12,706 bases of DNA, from positions 1-12,706 of the forward strand of contig JBBRSP010000060.1 of NCBI GenBank assembly GCA_038245295.1. Reading direction: 5' to 3'. Both the position numbers and the translations under genes were made by a program. Source of the DNA: Candidatus Binatia bacterium. GTDB lineage: Bacteria; Desulfobacterota; Binatia; HRBIN30. Below, piece by piece: positions 1 through 6,901 of this stretch. Below the pieces are notes generated by a model. It searched no databases. It was given only the letters and a program-made list of their open reading frames with translations, and was not told where the DNA came from. Position 1 is the first letter of the stretch; every line of letters begins with the position of its first letter.

Positions 1-150
1 CAGGTTGCACGGGCTCTCGGCGTCTCTGTGCCAACTGTGCTGCGCGGCGTGAGCCGAGCCCCGACGAGGGCGTCGCGTTTCGCCATCGACCTCGAGCAGA
101 TCGCTGGGGAGTACATCTCCCATCTCAACTCAGTCCGTCACTCTTTGTGA
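1..150 (+). CDS. 3' end of a gene with a C-terminal helix-turn-helix, possibly a REP-associated/IS200-like Y1 transposase (partial, runs off window start)
   Basis: Frame +1 is open from base 1 to TGA at 148-150: QVARALGVSVPTVLRGVSRAPTRASRFAIDLEQIAGEYISHLNSVRHSL*. VARALGVSVPTV is a classic HTH pattern. The transposase call is inference from the terminal HTH plus downstream AACGTCCCC; no HUH or catalytic Tyr motif is in the window. Confidence 0.6.
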   Translation, partial: QVARALGVSVPTVLRGVSRAPTRASRFAIDLEQIAGEYISHLNSVRHSL

Positions 151-202
151 GCCGCCGGTCAGATCCGTCAGTTCGAATTGCTATCGGTCGAGACTTGAGA
201 GA

Positions 203-220
203 GTTGTTACAACGTCCCCC
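203..220 (+). repeat. Short palindrome GTTGT-T-ACAAC overlapping AACGTCCCCC; candidate element-end or recombination motif
   Basis: Seen directly at 203-213 and 211-220, between two convergent stop codons (150 and 237). Function is inferred. Confidence 0.4.
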
Positions 221-236
221 TCGGAAAGCCCCCGGA

Positions 237-977
237 CTACAATCCGGCGCGGACAGCTCGCACGAGCCCCCCGGCGCTCTTTTGATCATGAATGGGCGCT
301 AGATCCGCGAACCTAAGTCTCCAGGCGTGGGTCGCATCAGAGATCCAAGTTGTCGAAGTCCAAAAGAGATCCGAAATTGTGGTGGCCGGGTCGAGCGCAG
401 GCTCTATGCAAGGCACGTATGGACAGCTACATTACTCCGAAAGGCCTGCACCATGGCAAGGGAAGTCTGGCGCAATCGTTTGGAGTTCTGACAGTGTCGG
501 GAGACGCCACCCGCTCGATCCGGCAAACCCCTCCTCATTCACGTGCCGCAGGAACGATACGAAGAGGCCGCCGTTTTCCTTGCCGCTTGATGCACTCCAG
601 TTGCCTCCGGATGACTTGTCGTGAAGCCCGCCTGAGTTGTCCTTCTTTTCCCAAACGAGCGTACTCAGGTTGTCGGTGACAGTTTGATCACCATTGTCAC
701 TGAAGCGAGTTCCGATACAGGTGCTGCCGACAAATGCTGAATTTGCTTGGAACGACTGCCATTTTCGAAAATAAGTGTGTCGGCAATGCGCGTGGGCGCG
801 GAAGATATCAAAACTGAGACCCTTGGCATTCTTTGCAAGAGTCGAGTCTATGCAGGACGAATATGCTTTCCAGGCTGAGATGCGTGCCTCATCACAGCGT
901 TGTTGAGGCGCAACGGCAGCGCTGGATCGGGCCCAAGTTATGGTGGCGAAAATCGCTATCGTAGCAAAGGTCTTCAT
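237..977 (-). pseudogene. Secreted DUF1566 (Lcl C-terminal, CLec-like) domain protein with one premature in-frame TAA at 432-434
   Basis: Signal peptide MKTFATIAIFATITWARSSAA (ATG at 977; the ORF track uses GTG at 989). DUF1566 motifs RFSDNGDQTVTDNLSTLVWEK and GFAGSSGWRLPTLSEL. The same frame continues 64 codons past the TAA (CSCPYVPCIEPALDPATTISDLFWTSTTWISDATHAWRLRFADLAPIHDQKSAGGLVRAVRAGL) to TAG at 237-239, supplying the family's WxST, AW and VRAVR motifs. Confidence 0.88.
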
Positions 978-1367
978 TAGGTACCCCACTCTTTGCGTAC
1001 AGCTCCCTCTGCCGCTGTATAAGCAGGTAAGTCAACCGTTTTAAGCGTGCTTTGTTGGCACTCGAAGCAGCGCGGCTGTCGAGGAGCAAACACAGAAGAA
1101 ACCTGCTAGGCGCGGGGGATCTGAGGTTGATCGCGGTGGCGAGTATGGCGACTGCTTTGTCCCACTCGTTTAGGGCCTCGGTGCTCACTGTGCTGAAAGG
1201 GCCTTCGACGGCGCTTAGATGGACACCCACAGGGTCTCGGTTGTCGCGCGCGAGCGAATCCAACGGGAAATGCGCGCTGATGTCCAAGAGTGGACGTCCA
1301 CGCTAGGCAACCCCGCCTTGAACTCCGAGGCACTGACAACTCAACCGGCGTGTGCAAGGGTGGCGCC

Positions 1368-3659
1368 ATGTTGAATCCGCATTCCGATTCCTTCTCCTCC
1401 ACACGGCAAGGACGAAACGCATCGGAACGCTTCGCCCCGCCGAATTGCTCCGGTGTCCACAGGTCGTATCTCACCCGTCTCGTCGTGCTCGTCCTCGCCT
1501 TGGCTTGTCGCACTGCGGTTGCTCAGGTGCCCGGGCAGTTCGTAATCCTCGAGATCCCGCGCCAAGGTACCCGGCCTACCGATATTGTCCTGGGACCCGA
1601 TGGCAATCTGTGGTTCACGCAGAACGATGCCAATCGCATCGGACGCGTGACGCCCGATGGAATGTTCACCGACTACGAGATTCCCTTGGTCGACAGCGCG
1701 CCGACGGGGATTACCGCCGGCGGCGACGGCAACCTGTGGTTTGCGACCAGCACGTCGGCGGTCGCCGCCATTGGTCGGATCACGCCGCAGGGAATGGTCA
1801 CGCTATTCCCACTGCTCAGCACCGCAGTCTTTCCCTTCGACATCGCCCTCGGCCCCGACGGCAATCTATGGTTCACGATCTTGAGCCAGGGCGGCGGCAA
1901 GCTCGGGCGTGTCACACCGCGCGGCACCGTCAGTGAATTCGCCCTGTCCGGCGACGATTCTGCAGCATTCGTAACCGCGGGCCCGCGTGGGAGTCTTTGG
2001 TTTACCACGCCTTCTGGCGTCTTTCGCAGCACGACGCAGGGACAGATCACGCCGGTGTACGAGGCCATGCCCTCCGGCCCGCGGATTAGTGTCGGTGGTG
2101 AGCAGCCGGTCGGCATTGTCGCCGCGCCTGACGGCAACCTGTGGTTCACCGATCTGCAAAACCCACAGATCACGCGGCTGACGCCCGACGGTGCGGTGGT
2201 GCATCATCCGCTCGGGGATCAAAGCATCGCTCTGTGGATTACAAACGGACCCGACGGCAATCTCTGGTTCACCGAAACCGCCTCGGGAAGGGTTGGGCGC
2301 ATTACCCTGGATGGACGGGTCACAGAGTTCACCGGCCTCGGCTCCGACAGCTCGCCCTCGGGGATCACTGCGGGGCCCGATGGCTTCTTGTGGATCGCGG
2401 CCGCCGACATCAACAGTATCGTACGCTTGCCAAGCCTCACGTTTCAGTCGTTGAATCTGGCTTCGAGTAGCGCGCCGGACGGTGTCGCCAGCGCCCCCGA
2501 CGGCAGCATCTGGTATACGGCCCCGGGCACCAACATCGTCGGACGCATCGCTCCCAACGGCACCGTTGCCCAATTCGAGCTGGCTCTCGGACGCGGTCCT
2601 TCCGGCATCGCGGTGGCTAGCGACGGCAATGCCTGGTTCGTCGAAGTGGATCACAATGCGATCGGACGCGTTACACCGGAAGGTGTGGTCACCGAATTTC
2701 TGATTCCCACAGCCTCGAGCTATCCCCAGGAGATCACGCGTGGTCCCGACGGCAATATGTGGTTCACGGAATTCGATGGCAGCAAGATTGGCCGCATCAT
2801 GCCCAACGGCAGCATCAAGGAATTTCCGACGCTGACGATGTTCGCCAACCCGCAAGGCATCACCACGGGTCCAGACGGCAATCTTTGGTTCACCGAGCGC
2901 GGAACCAATCGCATCATCCGCATGACCACCGCGGGCGTGATGACTCCATTCGCGGTGCCGACCGACGGTAGCGGGCCGAATGGCATCACGACCGGGCCCG
3001 ACGGCAACCTTTGGTTCACGGAGATCAACGTAAGTCAGATCGGGCGCGTCACACCGTCCGGGCAAATCACAGAATTTCCGATCGCATCGAACAGTGGTCC
3101 CAAGGCCATCGTCGCGGCCGGCGATGGCAGTCTGTGGTTCACACAGAACTATGCCTATCGCATAGGGCGCATCACCACGGCCGGTGAAGTCTCGAGCTTC
3201 CTTCTCGACGCCAACGCGAGTGTTCCATCCGGCATCACTTTTTCTGGCTCTGCCCTGTGGTTCGCCTTGAGCGGCAGCAACCAGATCGTCTCGACAACTC
3301 TCGCCGCTGCCGAGCCGACGATCACGCCCATTCCGTCGCCAACGCCGACACCCACGTCGTTGCCAACAACAACACCGACGGCCCCCTCTCCGCCAAGCGC
3401 AACCTCAACCGTTGCGGCGACTTCGACTCCAACGCTTCAAGCGTCACCGGCGCCGACGGACACGCCTGCCGTAGCGGTTTGCATCGGCGACTGTAACGGT
3501 GATGGTTCCGTAACCGTCGACGAGCTGATCACTGCCGTGAATATTGCTCTGGAAGTTCGCACCATCTCGGCCTGCGACTCGCTCGATACGAATCGGGATC
3601 AGCAGGTGACCATCGACGAGATTCTCAGCGCCGTAACCAGGGCCCTGGCTGGATGTTGA
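1368..3659 (+). CDS. Secreted Vgb (virginiamycin B lyase)-like double beta-propeller protein with Pro/Thr linker and C-terminal dockerin-like domain
   Basis: 14 repeats of about 42 aa with consensus ITxGPDGNLWFT...IGRITPxG. Signal-like RLVVLVLALACRTAVA, PTPTPT linker, and tail CIGDCNGDGSVTVDELITAVNIAL...DTNRDQQVTIDEILSAVTRALAGC. Start uncertain: ATG 1368 follows AAGGGTGG; the frame is open from GTG 1290. Confidence 0.9.
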   Translation: MLNPHSDSFSSTRQGRNASERFAPPNCSGVHRSYLTRLVVLVLALACRTAVAQVPGQFVILEIPRQGTRPTDIVLGPDGNLWFTQNDANRIGRVTPDGMFTDYEIPLVDSAPTGITAGGDGNLWFATSTSAVAAIGRITPQGMVTLFPLLSTAVFPFDIALGPDGNLWFTILSQGGGKLGRVTPRGTVSEFALSGDDSAAFVTAGPRGSLWFTTPSGVFRSTTQGQITPVYEAMPSGPRISVGGEQPVGIVAAPDGNLWFTDLQNPQITRLTPDGAVVHHPLGDQSIALWITNGPDGNLWFTETASGRVGRITLDGRVTEFTGLGSDSSPSGITAGPDGFLWIAAADINSIVRLPSLTFQSLNLASSSAPDGVASAPDGSIWYTAPGTNIVGRIAPNGTVAQFELALGRGPSGIAVASDGNAWFVEVDHNAIGRVTPEGVVTEFLIPTASSYPQEITRGPDGNMWFTEFDGSKIGRIMPNGSIKEFPTLTMFANPQGITTGPDGNLWFTERGTNRIIRMTTAGVMTPFAVPTDGSGPNGITTGPDGNLWFTEINVSQIGRVTPSGQITEFPIASNSGPKAIVAAGDGSLWFTQNYAYRIGRITTAGEVSSFLLDANASVPSGITFSGSALWFALSGSNQIVSTTLAAAEPTITPIPSPTPTPTSLPTTTPTAPSPPSATSTVAATSTPTLQASPAPTDTPAVAVCIGDCNGDGSVTVDELITAVNIALEVRTISACDSLDTNRDQQVTIDEILSAVTRALAGC

Positions 3660-3806
3660 TCCCGTAGGACGTGCGCGCCCCGCGTCGGCCGCGAGACCAC
3701 GCCCGACCAAGCTGCCATGCGGATCACCTGAAAGGTTCGCGAATGCCCAATATTGTCTTGCACATCGCTTGGTCGCCGGGCCGCGAATGGGATCCTGAGA
3801 GGCAAC

Positions 3807-4241
3807 TCAGGCAGGAGTCGGCAGCTCCCATCGGAATTTCCGCTCTGTTTCCTTGATGGGCAGGTCGTTGATGCTGGCGAAACGAAACTTCATGTAGCCC
3901 AGCTCGTCGAACTCCCAGTTCTCATTGCCGTAGGCCCGATACCACTGGCCGGAGTCGTCATGGTACTCGTACTCGAAACGCACAGCGATGCGGTTGCCGG
4001 TAAAGGCCCAGAGGGTTTTCTTGAGGCGATAGTCGAGTTCGCGATTCCATTTGCGGCGTAGAAACTCCACGACCTTGGCGCGGCCGTGGAGGAACTCCGC
4101 GCGGTTGCGCCATTCGGTATCCTCGGTGTAGGCGAGCGAGACGCGTTCGGGGTCGCGGGAATTCCAGGCGTCCTCGGCGGCCTGGACTTTCTGGCGCGCG
4201 GTTTCTTCGGTGAACGGCGGGAGTGGCGGGCGTGGGTTCAT
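3807..4241 (-). CDS. DUF1348 family / SnoaL-like NTF2-fold protein
   Basis: Characteristic family sequence RPPLPPFT...[22 protein letters not shown]...WRNRAEF...[12 protein letters not shown]...RIAVRFEYE...[13 protein letters not shown]...RFASIND. Confidence 0.95.
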   Translation of the reverse strand: MNPRPPLPPFTEETARQKVQAAEDAWNSRDPERVSLAYTEDTEWRNRAEFLHGRAKVVEFLRRKWNRELDYRLKKTLWAFTGNRIAVRFEYEYHDDSGQWYRAYGNENWEFDELGYMKFRFASINDLPIKETERKFRWELPTPA

Positions 4242-4410
4242 GGTGTTTGGTTTCTATTTGAGTCTTGACGAAAGCGCGAATGGGCATTTGCCAGGGCACC
4301 CACCGCAAACGGCGTCGCGTGCGCGTCGAAGCTTCAGCGAAGTTTCTGTTGGTTCGCTGCGTCGTTGGGCGACGTGCGTAGGAAAGGGTCGGCAAGAACG
4401 GCAAGCAGGA

Positions 4411-5307
4411 CTAGGTCCGCTGGATCTCGGAGTCGCAGGCCGTCTTCTCTTCATCGGGTTGGCTCGACGGCCGGGCCAGGGCAAGGAACATGGCGTCGCG
4501 CTCGTGTTGCGGCACGAAAGCGACGGCGCGGCCGCTGGCATTGATCGCCGCCCGCAGCTTACGGATGTCTGCTTGATAGAAGGCGTCGGCGACCTGCAGG
4601 TGCTGTTGGATCTCGGGTGCATGGCGTCGCGCCGCGATCTTTTCGAGGAGGCTCAAAGCCAGCGTCTCGAGGAGGTCGCGCCGGTTGCCCATCCAAAAGG
4701 CGTGCAGTGAATCGACGAGGGCGGGATCGAGGCGGCGCAGGCCAACGACGCGCGAGCCGCGCAGCCGTGGGAAGGGGGCTAGGCGCGACTTGCCCTCAAG
4801 GTGCCCGATGAAGGACAGCAGGCTGACGATCGCGTCGAAGGCTTCTTTGGCACGCCGCCGCGAACGAAACGTGCCGTACCATTCGAAGGGAAAGGACGAC
4901 CAGGCCTCGCAGCTTGTCGTGAAGCACAGCACGGTTTGGTCGTCGTTCTTCCAGATCCCGACGGCCGGGTAGAGAAAGAAGAACGCGCCATCGACGTTGT
5001 AGCGCGGGCGATGGACACGAATGATCTGGTTCTCGAGCAGAAGTGCGTCGCGCTCGGATGCCTGCGGCAGAACCTCCAGCGTCGTCGATTCGCGGACCAC
5101 GATCCGCATCTTGCGGTGTGCCTTGCTTCGTGTCGCGTTGCGATATGCCTGGAGCCGACGCCGCAGGTTGCGCGCCTTGCCTACATAAAGCAGGACGCCG
5201 GCCGCGTCGCGGAAAAGGTAGACGCCGGGCAACGCCGGCAGCTCCTGGTAAAGGTTTGCCCCAAACTTGCGCTCGAACCGCCGCAGCCCCACGTTCGCAG
5301 CATACAA
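4411..5307 (-). CDS. GIY-YIG nuclease family protein (UvrC N-terminal-like domain plus uncharacterised C-terminal domain)
   Basis: LPALPGVYLFRD...LLYVGKARNLRRRLQAY...ALLLENQIIRVHRPRYN retains the Tyr, Tyr, Arg, Glu and Asn catalytic set. Start uncertain (TTG 5307 or GTG 5292). Confidence 0.9.
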   Translation of the reverse strand: MYAANVGLRRFERKFGANLYQELPALPGVYLFRDAAGVLLYVGKARNLRRRLQAYRNATRSKAHRKMRIVVRESTTLEVLPQASERDALLLENQIIRVHRPRYNVDGAFFFLYPAVGIWKNDDQTVLCFTTSCEAWSSFPFEWYGTFRSRRRAKEAFDAIVSLLSFIGHLEGKSRLAPFPRLRGSRVVGLRRLDPALVDSLHAFWMGNRRDLLETLALSLLEKIAARRHAPEIQQHLQVADAFYQADIRKLRAAINASGRAVAFVPQHERDAMFLALARPSSQPDEEKTACDSEIQRT

Positions 5308-5400
5308 TTTCTCGCCACTGCGTGCGATGTGCCGTTGCGTGGGGAAGACGTTTTTGTCTCGTTGGGGGTGGATACTTGAGCGGAAAGTGAGGGCAGGGAG

Positions 5401-6591
5401 ATGGCGATGCTGGGCATCACAGTGAAAGAAGAAGTCGCGGCCATGGTGCGCGGTGGCGTGCCGGTGATCGAGACGCGGCTGGTCCCCGGATCCGAGACGT
5501 ACGACAACGGTCGCCCCATCCGCTTCATCGACCCGCGCGGTGTGTACCTGGGGGCGGGAATCGCCGACCCCGAGAACGAGGTGCTGCGCGTTCTTTCACT
5601 GGACCCTGTCCGGGCTTTCGACGCAACCTTCTTCCGCGGCCGCGTCCGCGACGCGCTGGCCTTCCGCAGATCGATTGGGCTGGTTCAGCCCGATTCTTCC
5701 TGGCGCCTGGTGAACGGCGAGGGTGATGGGCTCTCCGGGTTCGCCGTCGACATCTACGGCGAGTACGCCGTGGTCTACGTTTACAGCCGCGGCATGATCG
5801 AGCTTGGACGACTGCTGGGGCAGGTCGTCATCGATGAGGCCGGCGTGAAGGGCGCGGTAGTCAAGCAACGCGTCAAGGGAGAGGCCAAGCCGGGCAAGGT
5901 GAAGCAGGACATCGTCGGCGCCGAGCCGCCCGAGTCCTACGTCGTCAAGGAGCTTGGTGTGCCCTTCGAAGTCCACCTGCTCAGCGGGCTCAACGTCGGG
6001 CTCTTCAATGACATGCGCGAGCATCGCCGCAACCTGCATCGCTTCGTCGCCGGCAAGCGCGTGCTCAATACCTTTTGTTACACCGGCGCCATCTCGGTGG
6101 CGGCGATCCGGGCCGGCGCGGCGGCGGTGACGAGCGTCGATCTCTCCAGCGGCGTGCTGAAATGGGCGGCGGAGAATTTCCGCTTGTCCGGGATTGACCC
6201 CGTCGATCCGCGCTGGAAGTTCGAGACCGCCGACGTGCTGCGCTTCATGGAGAAGCAGCACCAGGCCGGCGTGCAGTACGACTTCATCGTGATGGATCCG
6301 CCGACGGTCTCCACGGCGCGGGCGCGCCAGTGGTCGATGCGCAACGACTACCCGGAGCTGATCGCGCTGGCCGCCGGCATGTTGCCCGACGAGGGCGGCG
6401 TTCTGTGGATCTCCGCGAATGCCCATGGCAGTCGCGGCCTGATGCGCCACGTCGAGGCGGGACTCAAGGAAGCGTCGCGTCGCGGTTCGGTCGTCGAACT
6501 GGGCGGCTTGCCGCCGGACTTTCCCACGCCCGCAACGTGGCCCGAGGGCCGTTACCTGGAAGTGTGCTTTCTGCGCGTCCACCCGAGGTGA
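5401..6591 (+). CDS. Class I SAM-dependent rRNA methyltransferase, RlmI/RlmK-like family
   Basis: PUA-like N-terminus; RLVNGEGDGLSGFAVDIYG; GLFNDMREHR; SAM motif VLNTFCYTGAIS...VTSVDLS; MDPP; terminal PEGRYL. A purine-rich SD (GGGAG) lies upstream, immediately adjacent to ATG 5401, so ATG 5407 is an alternative start. Confidence 0.92.
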   Translation: MAMLGITVKEEVAAMVRGGVPVIETRLVPGSETYDNGRPIRFIDPRGVYLGAGIADPENEVLRVLSLDPVRAFDATFFRGRVRDALAFRRSIGLVQPDSSWRLVNGEGDGLSGFAVDIYGEYAVVYVYSRGMIELGRLLGQVVIDEAGVKGAVVKQRVKGEAKPGKVKQDIVGAEPPESYVVKELGVPFEVHLLSGLNVGLFNDMREHRRNLHRFVAGKRVLNTFCYTGAISVAAIRAGAAAVTSVDLSSGVLKWAAENFRLSGIDPVDPRWKFETADVLRFMEKQHQAGVQYDFIVMDPPTVSTARARQWSMRNDYPELIALAAGMLPDEGGVLWISANAHGSRGLMRHVEAGLKEASRRGSVVELGGLPPDFPTPATWPEGRYLEVCFLRVHPR

Positions 6592-6592
6592 G

Positions 6593-6607
6593 TCAGGGGG
6601 CCCCTGA
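6593..6607. other. Inverted repeat TCAGGGG-G-CCCCTGA just after the methyltransferase stop
   Basis: Perfect 7-bp arms seen directly. No U-tract follows, so a terminator role is unproven. Confidence 0.35.
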
Positions 6608-6901
6608 TCAGGCGGACGCTTTCGTCGGCGTGGATTTGATCTGTTTCATTCCCGATGCGGTCGTCCCGGCAAGGTCGGTTGGACGAATCGCCCGAATCGC
6701 GTGGCCCCCCGGAGGCAACCCGCATGCCGTCAATCCAGGTTCAAAGCGCCCCCGCGTGACGCCTGTCGATCCGCTCCTCGCACAAACCGATGGACACGTC
6801 GGGTGCGGCGCGGCATTGGAGTCACTGGACTTGTGTGCGTTCGAAGGGGTATTTGCCGAGGCATCGCCCGGCGCAACTCCTTAAAGACCGGAGAGCTGCC
6901 A

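Noticed and set aside
1054..1072. TTGGCAC as a sigma-54 -24 box
   Set aside because: No GC dinucleotide at the required GG-N10-GC spacing.
1086..1155. Loose resemblance to a c-di-GMP-I riboswitch (GCAAAC...GAAA...GGCGC...TCTGAG...TATGG)
   Set aside because: The second GCAAA is missing and the stems around GAAA and the receptor do not pair cleanly. It would need an Rfam cmscan hit.
892..1513. Short ORFs in the divergent spacer (892-1287, 1052-1306, 1106-1513)
   Set aside because: No recognisable domains; they overlap one another, and two also overlap the starts of the flanking genes.
1590..3200. Recurring GACGGCAAYCTNTGGTTCAC words at roughly 126-nt spacing, superficially CRISPR-like
   Set aside because: They are in-frame, degenerate at third codon positions, and encode the DGNLWFT blade motif.
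1368..3659. Streptogramin B resistance gene vgb
   Set aside because: The protein is secreted, doubled in length and lacks the EPHG catalytic motif.
4411..6591. Divergent nuclease plus methyltransferase as a restriction-modification pair
   Set aside because: The methyltransferase has RlmI/RlmK RNA-methyltransferase architecture, not DNA-methyltransferase motifs.
6701..6901. 67-codon N-terminal extension of the large ORF
   Set aside because: Arg-rich and not protein-like; the SD and signal peptide fit ATG 6902.
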